From Candidatus Kapaibacterium sp. (GTDB lineage: Bacteria > Bacteroidota > Ignavibacteria > Kapaibacteriales > UBA2268), in assembly GCA_023957315.1 (NCBI GenBank), contig JAMLHE010000006.1, positions 70,408 to 134,407 on the forward strand: a stretch of DNA of 64,000 nucleotides. Direction: 5' to 3'. The notes below the pieces were generated by a model, which saw only the letters and a program-made list of their open reading frames with translations, ran no database searches and was not told where the DNA came from. A program made the translations under genes and the position numbers. This document shows positions 9,273 to 17,990 of the stretch, in pieces; the first letter of the stretch is position 1; each line of letters opens with the position of its first letter.

Positions 9273-11417
9273 ATGAACAAGATGAAGAAGAATCCTAAAT
9301 CAAAGACTAAGAAAAAGGCTGAAATTCGCAATCAATACGACTTCTCGACACTAATCGGGTTTATCGTACTTATTGTATTGCCATTAGCAATATTTTGGTA
9401 CTCTACAGATTTAGGTCTATCAGGCTTTGATGATGATGTTATACTTGAGAATGCCAAGCAAATCAATGGCATTGGCAATTATGAGGAGGCATTCAAACGA
9501 GACGCCTTTTTGAAATATGGTTCCGGCGACTTCTACCGACCGCTCCAATCACTCAGTTATCTGTTGGATTCAACAATAGGCAATAATAGTAACTTTGTGT
9601 ATCACCTCAGTAATCTCATTTATCATATCATATTTTGCCTTGTACTATTTGTATTATTGCTCAAACTCAAAATTGACCGTTACATTGCATTTGGCTTCAG
9701 TCTCCTTTATTCGATTCACCCATTCTTTGTCCATACAGTTGTGTGGATTCCGTCAAGAGGTGATATTTTGTTAGCAATTTTTGCGGTTGTTTCGCTGATA
9801 TTCTATATCAACTTTCTCGAAAAGCGGAATTATGTGTATTTGGTGCTGAATGTAATAGCATTTTTGTTTGCAATTTTTTCCAAAGAGACTGCATTGCTTT
9901 CAATTGGAGTATTTACTGCATATTATTTTATTGAATCAAAATATGACTTCAAATCTTTTCTAAAGCCACGTTACTTGCTGGGATTGGCGTTTTGGATAGC
10001 AGTAGTTGTTTTCTACATCTGGTTTAGGACTTTGATGATAGGATTCAATCCGGGAGATTCAAATTTTAAAATATCAAACTTCTTTCTGAATATTTCGACT
10101 ATTCCCGAGTTTTTCGGTAAGTTTTTAGTGCCTATTAATCTGACCCCAATGGCTGATATGACATTGCCAGTGACTGCAATCGGAGTCATCGGATTTGTAG
10201 CGTCATTTATAATGTTGATACTAAATAAGGAATCCGATAAAAAGTTATATTTGATGGGATTAGTGTGGTTTTTAGCATTCACATTGCCGCCTATGCTCTA
10301 CCGCCAATCAACCGACTCATTCACATTTTCTTACCTCGAGCACCGTGCTTATTTGCCCGTTGTCGGACTTGTAATGATTTTAGCTTCTATCATTCCGATG
10401 AAAGAATTTTACAAAAATTTGAAAACGATAATACCAATTTTTTTGCTCGTAGTAGCCGGATTTGCATATTACTCAAATAATCATGGAAAACTCTACGATA
10501 ATCCAATTTCATTTTATTCTTACATAATCGAAAAATCAGACAATATACTTTCAGCATTCAATAATCGTGGCAACTATTTGATGAGACAAGGAAAGCATAA
10601 AGAAGCATTGTTGGATTACAATATGGCTATTAGACAAAATCCTGATGCTTTTAACACATTGAATAATCGCGCAAACTGCTATTCAATTCTTGGAATGTTA
10701 GATTCATCATATAAAGATTATAAAAGAGCTTTGGAATTGAAACCCGAAGCCTACCAAATCAGGACAAATTTCGCCATGCTATTGCAAAAAAACAAAAGGT
10801 TTGAAGAATCGCTCGAACATCTCAATAAGGTTATCGAAGCGAATCCCAACTACACCCAAGCATACGGAGCAAGAGGATTGACTTACGGGAAACTAAAAAA
10901 ATCTGAACTTGCTGTAAAAGATTTTGATAAAGCATTGGAATTTTACAAACACTCTGCTTTTACATTTTTCAATCGCGGTGTTGTAAAGTATGATTTGAAT
11001 GATTTCGGAGGTGCATTGGCTGATTTTAACGAAGCTTTGAAATTAAAAGAAAAATATCCCGAAGCACTATATTTCCGCGGCGTGACGCTTATCAAATCTG
11101 CTCAAAATGACAAAGCAATGGAAGATTTGAATGCCGCTTTGGAACTACGTGAGTATTATCCTGAGGCATATTTCAATCGTGGAGTGCTTTTCGGCATGTA
11201 TAAGGATTATAGCAAGGCTATCGATGATTTCAATTTGGCGCTCCAACAACATCATGACACCACTCTCACTCTTCGCCAAAGAGGAAAAGCACTATATGCC
11301 TACGGGAACAAAAATGCAGCTTGCCAGGATTGGGTAATTTCAATGCAAAGAGGCGATAGTATAAGTACAGATTTTTATACTCGAGCTTGTCAACCCAAGC
11401 AAATATCTAAAAAGTGA
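9273..11417 (+). CDS. Polytopic membrane domain (GT-C/PMT-ArnT-like) fused to C-terminal TPR repeats
   Basis: The N-terminal ~430 aa contain at least 10 hydrophobic helices. The C-terminal ~280 aa carry repeated 34-aa TPR-like units (AFNNRGNYLMRQGKHKEALLDYNMAIRQNP, AYGARGLTYGKLKKSELAVKDFDKALE ...). Confidence 0.55.
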   Translation: MNKMKKNPKSKTKKKAEIRNQYDFSTLIGFIVLIVLPLAIFWYSTDLGLSGFDDDVILENAKQINGIGNYEEAFKRDAFLKYGSGDFYRPLQSLSYLLDSTIGNNSNFVYHLSNLIYHIIFCLVLFVLLLKLKIDRYIAFGFSLLYSIHPFFVHTVVWIPSRGDILLAIFAVVSLIFYINFLEKRNYVYLVLNVIAFLFAIFSKETALLSIGVFTAYYFIESKYDFKSFLKPRYLLGLAFWIAVVVFYIWFRTLMIGFNPGDSNFKISNFFLNISTIPEFFGKFLVPINLTPMADMTLPVTAIGVIGFVASFIMLILNKESDKKLYLMGLVWFLAFTLPPMLYRQSTDSFTFSYLEHRAYLPVVGLVMILASIIPMKEFYKNLKTIIPIFLLVVAGFAYYSNNHGKLYDNPISFYSYIIEKSDNILSAFNNRGNYLMRQGKHKEALLDYNMAIRQNPDAFNTLNNRANCYSILGMLDSSYKDYKRALELKPEAYQIRTNFAMLLQKNKRFEESLEHLNKVIEANPNYTQAYGARGLTYGKLKKSELAVKDFDKALEFYKHSAFTFFNRGVVKYDLNDFGGALADFNEALKLKEKYPEALYFRGVTLIKSAQNDKAMEDLNAALELREYYPEAYFNRGVLFGMYKDYSKAIDDFNLALQQHHDTTLTLRQRGKALYAYGNKNAACQDWVISMQRGDSISTDFYTRACQPKQISKK

Positions 11418-11547
11418 CAGATTTCAAGTTTTTTGTGATTAAAAGTTAATAAAAACGCATTTTTATTGCTTATTATGCAATTAAATGATATTTTTGCGTA
11501 ATGAAATTTGTAAAAATGCAATTAAAAATTGCTCAGTTGTAAAATAA

Positions 11548-12639
11548 TTGGAGTTTAAAATGTCGAGTCATAATTTTTTTGCGGGTCCGGCAGTACTTCC
11601 GGAAGTAGTAGTAAAAGAAACAGCCGCTGCTTGTCTTGATTTCACAGGCAAGGGCATTGGCATAATGGAAATCAGCCACCGCTCAAAAGAGTTTGATGCT
11701 GTGATTAAGTCAGCTCAAACTGATTGTTTGAAAATATTAGGTTTAGATGCTGCTGATTACGCTGTACTCTTCCTTGGTGGCGGAGCAAGCACACAATTCA
11801 TGATGATACCACAGAATTTTTTGAAAACTAAAGCTGATTATGTACTTACAGGAGTTTGGGCTGAAAAAGCTGCCAAAGAAGCAAAGCTTTTCGGTGAAGT
11901 CAATATAGCAGCGACTTCTAAAGAAGCTAATCACAATTATATCCCAAAGTCTTGGAATTTTCTACCTGATTCGGATTATGTGCATATCACAACAAACAAT
12001 ACAATTTTTGGTACAGAATGGAAAATTGACCCTGACACTGCAAATGTGCCACTCGTAGCCGATATGTCCTCTGATTTTTTGGCAATGCGTCGCGATTTCT
12101 CCAAGTATAGCTTGATTTATGCAGGTGCTCAAAAGAATATTGGTCCATCAGGCGTTACATTAGTTGTAATAAAGAAAGAATGGCTCGAAAAAGCCGGAAA
12201 ATCGGGCATGCCAACTATGTTGAATTACAACACTCACGTAAAAGAAGAATCATTGTTCAACACTCCACCAACGCTACCGATTTTTGCAGTTGGACGCACA
12301 TTCAAATGGATTGAAAGCATGGGTGGATTGGAAGCAATCGAAGCTCATAATATCAAAAAAGCAAATACAATTTACAATGTGATTGATGCTCATACTGATT
12401 TTTACAAGGGCGCAGTTGCTGATGCTTATGACAGGTCTTTGATGAACATTACTTGGAATTTGCCCACTCCGGAATTGGAAGACAAATTCATCAACGAAGC
12501 TAAACAACAGAATATGCTTGGTTTGAAGGGACATCGCTCAGTAGGAGGCATTCGTGCTTCTGTATATAATGCTTGTCCTATGGCATCTGTAGAAACTCTT
12601 GCTAAATTCATGGAAGATTTCTACAAGAACAACAAATAG
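11548..12639 (+). CDS. serC: 3-phosphoserine aminotransferase
   Basis: MSSHNFFAGPAVLPEVV start, class-V aminotransferase fold, length 363 aa. Confidence 0.9.
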   Translation: MEFKMSSHNFFAGPAVLPEVVVKETAAACLDFTGKGIGIMEISHRSKEFDAVIKSAQTDCLKILGLDAADYAVLFLGGGASTQFMMIPQNFLKTKADYVLTGVWAEKAAKEAKLFGEVNIAATSKEANHNYIPKSWNFLPDSDYVHITTNNTIFGTEWKIDPDTANVPLVADMSSDFLAMRRDFSKYSLIYAGAQKNIGPSGVTLVVIKKEWLEKAGKSGMPTMLNYNTHVKEESLFNTPPTLPIFAVGRTFKWIESMGGLEAIEAHNIKKANTIYNVIDAHTDFYKGAVADAYDRSLMNITWNLPTPELEDKFINEAKQQNMLGLKGHRSVGGIRASVYNACPMASVETLAKFMEDFYKNNK

Positions 12640-12653
12640 TTTTAGATTAAATT

Positions 12654-12699
12654 ACAAAAAATCCTTCCTTGGGCTTAATACCTAAGGAAGGATTTTTTT
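12654..12699. terminator. Bidirectional rho-independent terminator between convergent serC and kbl
   Basis: An A-run, then hairpin atccttcctt-gggcttaatacc-taaggaaggat, then a 7-nt T-run. Confidence 0.8.
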
Positions 12700-12717
12700 G
12701 TTCTCTTCTCAACAATC

Positions 12718-13971
12718 TTATATCATCTTCAATTCTTTGCCAACTTTGATGAAGGCTGCAATTGCTTTATCTAAATGTTGCTCGTCATGTGCGGCTGAAA
12801 GTTGAACACGGATTCTGTCTTTGCCGCGAGGAACCACTGGGAAGGAGAATGCGATTACGTAAATTCCTTCTTCGAGCATGCGATTCGCAAATTCAACTGC
12901 CAATGCTGAACAATTTTCGTATTTGCCGAACATTATCGGTGTAATAGGATGGACGCCGGGAATAATATCAAATCCTGCTTCGGTCATTTCCTTGCGGAAT
13001 CTCGTAGTGTTTCTTTCCAATTTGTCGCGTAATTCTGTGCTTGCAGTCAATATTTCCAGACATTTCAATGTTGCTCCTACAATTGCCGGAGCTAATGTAT
13101 TGCTGAACAAATAGGGGCGAGCCTTGTTTCTCATCCATTCGATAATTTCCTTTTTGCCGGAAATACAACCGCCGGAGGCGCCACCGAGTGCTTTGCCAAA
13201 TGTGGTTGTGATGATGTCTATTCTACCCATTACATTCTTATGCTCGTGAGTTCCGCGTCCTGTTTTGCCCATAAAACCAGAAGCATGACATTCATCTACC
13301 ATAACAAGTGCATCATATTTTTCAGCTAAATCGCAAATTTCATCCAAACGAGCTATATCGCCATCCATCGAAAATACGCCGTCTGTTGCGATAACTTTGA
13401 ATCTGCAACCTTGTTCGTTAGCTTCAATCAAACATCTTTCCAAACCTTTCAAATCTTTTCCTGTTGCCGGGTCGAGTTCCTCAATATTTCTCATGTCGCT
13501 ATGCTTATAAACCCATCTTTTAGCCTTGGAAAGTCTGATTCCGTCAATAATTGAAGCATGATTGAGTGCATCGGTAATGATTGCGTCATCAGGTCCGAAT
13601 AGCGGCTCGAACACAGCACCATTTGCATCGAAAGCAGCACAAAATAAGATTGTGTCTTCTGTACCGAGAAACTCGGAAACTTTCTGCTCTAATTCTTTGT
13701 GAATATCTTGGGTACCGCAGATAAATCTAACTGATGATAATCCGTAACCGCGATAGTCTATCATTTCGTGAGCCGCTTTTATCAATTCGGGATGAGATGA
13801 CAATCCAAGGTAATTGTTCGCACAAAAATTAAGTACTTTCTTGCCACCGACAACGATTTCGGCTGCTTGAGGACTCTCGATAATTCTTTCGCTTTTGTAA
13901 AGTTTTTGTTCTCTAAGTGATTGCAATTCTTGATTTAAAAATTCTTTCATTTGACCATACATAAAATTCAC
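12718..13971 (-). CDS. kbl: 2-amino-3-ketobutyrate CoA ligase (glycine C-acetyltransferase)
   Basis: Near-colinear with E. coli Kbl: INFCANNYLGLSSHPELI, RFICGTQDIHKELE, ATDGVFSMDGDIA and PLP-Lys context TFGKALGGASGG. The start is probably a few codons inside the track ORF. Confidence 0.85.
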   Translation of the reverse strand: MNFMYGQMKEFLNQELQSLREQKLYKSERIIESPQAAEIVVGGKKVLNFCANNYLGLSSHPELIKAAHEMIDYRGYGLSSVRFICGTQDIHKELEQKVSEFLGTEDTILFCAAFDANGAVFEPLFGPDDAIITDALNHASIIDGIRLSKAKRWVYKHSDMRNIEELDPATGKDLKGLERCLIEANEQGCRFKVIATDGVFSMDGDIARLDEICDLAEKYDALVMVDECHASGFMGKTGRGTHEHKNVMGRIDIITTTFGKALGGASGGCISGKKEIIEWMRNKARPYLFSNTLAPAIVGATLKCLEILTASTELRDKLERNTTRFRKEMTEAGFDIIPGVHPITPIMFGKYENCSALAVEFANRMLEEGIYVIAFSFPVVPRGKDRIRVQLSAAHDEQHLDKAIAAFIKVGKELKMI

Positions 13972-14121
13972 CTAATTAAATATTGTTAATAATTTGATTT
14001 CAAAATTTTCTAAAAATACGAAATTCACACGAGAAATTAACACCAAATTGCATAAAAAATATAATTAATGTGCATGGCTATTCGTTATTGCTACTTTACT
14101 ATTATTCAAACGGACATTTAC

Positions 14122-15873
14122 ATGATGAAGTATATTCTTTTGGTGCTGATTGCAATTTTGTTTAGTGCTTGTGGCGAAGAAAACGTTACAAATAATTATA
14201 TCGGATACGACCGCACTTTTGTTTTGATTACCGATTACGACAGAAGTAGCGAATTAGTCATGAGCTTGTCCGGAATCGTAAATAAAGAATTTCCCAATGT
14301 CAAGTTCGAATATATTCAAACCAGAAATTTTGACGTAGCCCAAGCTGCATACGTTTTGGAACAAGCAAAAAAGAATTATCCTATCAATACAGTATTTTTG
14401 TCAACTGTTGACGATGGTGATTCTGACAGAAATATCATTTTCAAAGTCGGCGAACAAGCCTTTATTTTGCCGGATAATGGATTAGCATCGAGGATTTTGG
14501 CAAAATATACTCATGGCGAAATCAGATATATTGACAATATGCTTCTATTCGATGGCAAACACAAGAGCATTGATGATGTCACCTTCTTTGAAATTTACAA
14601 TTCATCGCTGAGAACTATACTTTCCAACGCTCCTCTTGACAAATTCGGCTCAGTTTGTACCGAACCAAGTCTTAGACCGGTTTATGAGGCTTACCTCAAT
14701 GGAGGCAATGTAATAGGGCAGAGTCTGTATATTGACAATATCGGCAACGTGGAAACTAATATTTCAAGTGAGTTATTGGCGGGTATTGAACTTGGTTCGA
14801 TTTTGAAAGTTCAAGCAGGTGGCAGTACATTTTTCGCACGATGGTCAACTACTTTTTCGAGTGTTCCTGTTGGGGCGAATGTTGCATTGCTTGATGCCGA
14901 CAATAAATTAATCCTTGCTGTGAATTTTGGAAATATGTCTGAGAAATATAATTTGAATGCCGGAGATACAATACAAATCTCAGCTGCGAATATTAAAGTT
15001 GGATTTTTGAGATACAATATGTCCGAAATTTCAGGTAATATAGTTCAAGGAACTAAAAATAGTATGCAAGAGTTCGGATTGATTAGCGGCAAAAATGTCG
15101 AATATATTGAGAAAAATGCAAATGGAGATGCTTCGAGATTGCCAATGTTATGTAAAGAATTGGTTGATTTGAATTGCGATATTATCATTCCTGTTTCCAC
15201 ATCTGCCTCAAAAGCGGCTGTTGATTACACTCCTGCAAATATTCCTGTTGTCTATACTTATGTAACGTCGCCCGAGTTTGCCGGAATACTTAATGCGCGT
15301 GAGAATGTAACCGGATTGTCGGATGCAACCAATTTTGATGATTACTTGAAATTTGTAAAAGAATTATTCCCCAATTTGACCAAAGCTGGCAGAATGTATA
15401 ATCCGAACGAAGCAAATTCGCAATATGCACAACAAAAACTTACTTCATTATCTGTACTATACGGATTGGAATTTACAAGTGAAATTATAGAAGATATTAG
15501 TCAAATCACTCCGGCTTTGTCAGTTTTAGAAAAGCTACAAATCAATACAATCTTAATCGCCGCCGACAATACAATAAATTTGGGGATGAAGGATTTATCC
15601 CAGAATGCAATTGTGAAAAATATGTATGTAGTTGGCGATTCACGAGAAAACGTTGAAGATGGAGCTCTCGGTGGCGTTTCGGTCGATTACGCTCAATTGG
15701 CAATGGAAACCGGTATTTCGGCAATTTCGGTTCTATTGGGCATAAAAGCCGATGACATTGCTGTCAAATATTTGCCGACAACTCAAATTTATTTGAATAA
15801 AAAGACTGCGCAAGCATTGAATTTCACATTTTCTGATGATTTATTGAATAAAGCATCTTATATTGTAGAATAA
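14122..15873 (+). CDS. Lipoprotein fusing a DUF62/SAM-hydroxide-adenosyltransferase-like N-terminal region to an ABC-transporter substrate-binding domain (ABC_sub_bind/PF04392-like)
   Basis: Probable start MMKYILLVLIAILFSAC (lipobox) at 14122. Residues ~50-300 read LITDYDRSSELVMSLSGIV ... TVFLSTVDDGDS ... QAFILPDNGLAS, parallel to DUF62 TDFG..MKGVI / VVDPGVG / fvGPDNG motifs. The C-terminal ~280 aa carry VTGLSDA ... MYNPNEANSQYAQQKLTSLSVLYGLEF, typical of PF04392. Confidence 0.55.
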   Translation: MMKYILLVLIAILFSACGEENVTNNYIGYDRTFVLITDYDRSSELVMSLSGIVNKEFPNVKFEYIQTRNFDVAQAAYVLEQAKKNYPINTVFLSTVDDGDSDRNIIFKVGEQAFILPDNGLASRILAKYTHGEIRYIDNMLLFDGKHKSIDDVTFFEIYNSSLRTILSNAPLDKFGSVCTEPSLRPVYEAYLNGGNVIGQSLYIDNIGNVETNISSELLAGIELGSILKVQAGGSTFFARWSTTFSSVPVGANVALLDADNKLILAVNFGNMSEKYNLNAGDTIQISAANIKVGFLRYNMSEISGNIVQGTKNSMQEFGLISGKNVEYIEKNANGDASRLPMLCKELVDLNCDIIIPVSTSASKAAVDYTPANIPVVYTYVTSPEFAGILNARENVTGLSDATNFDDYLKFVKELFPNLTKAGRMYNPNEANSQYAQQKLTSLSVLYGLEFTSEIIEDISQITPALSVLEKLQINTILIAADNTINLGMKDLSQNAIVKNMYVVGDSRENVEDGALGGVSVDYAQLAMETGISAISVLLGIKADDIAVKYLPTTQIYLNKKTAQALNFTFSDDLLNKASYIVE

Positions 15874-15900
15874 TTTTTTGCCAAAAACGCAGACATTGTA

Positions 15901-17526
15901 ATGAACTTCAATTTTGTGGTCTATGCTGTAGTTACTATCTTACTTTTTGATATTAAATTTCTAAATTCGCAAGATTTGTTCGATACTGAGTACCTCTTTG
16001 ATGATTTTCATTATGCAAATTTCATCAATCCGGCACCATTTGATTCATCAGGTTCGATATTTGGCAATAATCCTTGGATTACGCGTGACGGGATAATAAA
16101 CTCCCGTGCATGGCAAGGATATGTTTATCACGATTCTACTAAGCAACATCCGAGCACAACAATCAAATTTGATTCAACAGGAGTACAACTAATCTTCAAT
16201 AAGGGGAAATGGGAAGTGCATCCGCATCCATTGATTGCATCAAGCTTTTTGTTCAGGGAAGGCACTTATGCCACCAGAATCAAACTCGAAGCATTAAAAG
16301 GTCCCGACAAAATTATCCAAGCTTATTGGCTTTGGAGCAACACTATGTTTAGTTTCAAAGATGGTGATGATTCCATCAGGTATTGGGCTGAAATGGATTT
16401 TGAGTGGAATAATGGTTGGTATCACGATACTCACCCAAGGATGAAAGCGGGATGTAATAATTACACTGGCATTAATATATTAAACACGGACTTAGATTGC
16501 ATCTGCTACGATAATGGCAAACTTATAGGGTTTAAACAATGCGTTGGTGAGTACAAAGGGAGACCTTTGATTGGCGATAGATGGATGATTTATGTGATGC
16601 GAGTTGATAAATTAGGCAACAAAATTGCATTCGAGATTTTGAGTGACGAACCTGATGTTGATTATATCATTTATTCAGGACAATCTTACGAATCTGATTC
16701 ATGGCTCAAACCTTATACTATAAACAATTACTACCCTCAGTATGATTTTATGACTTGGTATTCGATGGGCTCAATAGGGGAAAGCCTCCATAATGGAATC
16801 AAAGAAGAACATAAAATTGAGATTGACTGGTTTCTCTACACCGCAAACCCAAGAACCAGCTTCAGCGAGATAAAATCAAAAGTTAATGAATTGAAAGGAT
16901 TGAATATTACCCGAATCAATACAACGTTCAGACCTTTATCATACAATACCACATCTTTTGTAAATAATAATATAGCTATTTCGGGTCCCGATGAAGTTTT
17001 TACTTGTGAAGTTGGTGTGTGGCATGTCCAACCGCTCTACAAAGGTCGGAATACTTATAGTCTCGATTATTCATATAGGGCTTTTATCAACGAAACCACT
17101 ACCGAATGGTTCAACGTTTACAATACCGAAATGAAGATTAACATCAGCCCTCTCTACGACAGTCTTGAAATCAAACTGATTGCAACTGATTTCTGGGAGA
17201 AACCTGCGGATACTATAATAAAAAAGGTGCATGTAATAAAATTAGATGATTGCTTTGATGAATCAAATTTAAGACTGACCAAAGTTTTCCCAAATCCCGT
17301 CAAAGATAACCTGAATATTCAGTACTATAACGGGAATTCACTTATTACAATTTTTGAAATTTATGATTTTATGGGTAGGAAAATTTACACTGAACAAATT
17401 GAAAATTTAATAAATATCGAGTATCTCAGAAAAATCTCTACCAATTCGTTCGCTCAAGGAATATATTACCTGAAGATAATAGGTGGAAATCAGAGCTTAG
17501 TCCAGCCGATAATAATATTGCGTTAG
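15901..17526 (+). CDS. Secreted T9SS cargo protein, possibly GH16-like (concanavalin-type) catalytic domain, with C-terminal T9SS sorting domain
   Basis: Signal peptide. An AEMDFEWNNGW segment fits the GH16 E-x-D-x-E pattern. The C-terminal ~80 aa (VFPNPVKDNLNIQYY ... GIYYLKIIGGNQSLVQPIIILR) match Por_Secre_tail. Confidence 0.5.
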   Translation: MNFNFVVYAVVTILLFDIKFLNSQDLFDTEYLFDDFHYANFINPAPFDSSGSIFGNNPWITRDGIINSRAWQGYVYHDSTKQHPSTTIKFDSTGVQLIFNKGKWEVHPHPLIASSFLFREGTYATRIKLEALKGPDKIIQAYWLWSNTMFSFKDGDDSIRYWAEMDFEWNNGWYHDTHPRMKAGCNNYTGINILNTDLDCICYDNGKLIGFKQCVGEYKGRPLIGDRWMIYVMRVDKLGNKIAFEILSDEPDVDYIIYSGQSYESDSWLKPYTINNYYPQYDFMTWYSMGSIGESLHNGIKEEHKIEIDWFLYTANPRTSFSEIKSKVNELKGLNITRINTTFRPLSYNTTSFVNNNIAISGPDEVFTCEVGVWHVQPLYKGRNTYSLDYSYRAFINETTTEWFNVYNTEMKINISPLYDSLEIKLIATDFWEKPADTIIKKVHVIKLDDCFDESNLRLTKVFPNPVKDNLNIQYYNGNSLITIFEIYDFMGRKIYTEQIENLINIEYLRKISTNSFAQGIYYLKIIGGNQSLVQPIIILR

Positions 17527-17533
17527 GTTACTA

Positions 17534-17987
17534 TCAATTGGAAGTATCTTTGATTGAAATTAAACGGATATTTTCATTGTCATCATCTAATTCAAATCTA
17601 ACTGTATAATCAACTTTAGACAATCGGTTTCCGGCTTTATCAGCCCATTCAATAAGTATAATATCATTTTTGGAATGGATACATTCGTCGAAGCCAATTT
17701 CGTCCAATTCAGACGCATTTTTAATTCTGTACAAATCAACATGATAAATACTAAGTTCCCTACGATTTAACCTGCCGGTGTAGCTATTCATAATAGTAAA
17801 AAGTAGGGCTTGTAACCATTTGCTCTACGTTTAGAGCATGGCACAAACCCTTGATAAATTCTGTTTTCCCGGCTCCGAGCTCACCATAAAGTGCCACTAC
17901 GTCACCTAATTTTAATTCTTTTGCAAAGTCGTTACCAAGTTTAATTGTATCTTTTTCACTTTTCGACTTTAAATTCAGTTCTTGCAT
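17534..17987 (-). pseudogene. tsaE: tRNA t6A biosynthesis ATPase TsaE (YjeE) split by a +1 frameshift in a 5-nt homopolymer at 17797-17801
   Basis: ORF 17784..17987 = N-terminal P-loop part (YGELGAGKTEF ... VTSPTFYYYE*). ORF 17534..17791 = C-terminal part (NSYTGRLNRRELSIYHVDLYRI ... LIEWADK). Removing one T from cccTACTTTTTACT gives the continuous SPTFTIMNSYTGRL ... HVDLYRI, matching the TsaE consensus SPTFTLVNEY ... HFDLYRL. Confidence 0.7.
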
Positions 17988-17990
17988 TTC

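Noticed and set aside
11418-11547. Repeated aaaaatgcaat / tttgcgtaat elements upstream of serC, as a possible regulatory motif or T-box
   Set aside because: Too short and AT-rich to distinguish from chance. No specifier or antiterminator structure is found.
14068-14121. N-terminal 18 codons (MCMAIRYCYFTIIQTDIY) of the track ORF for the lipoprotein
   Set aside because: Cys- and aromatic-rich and non-signal-like. The downstream MMKYILLV...FSAC is a proper lipoprotein signal, so the start was moved to 14122.
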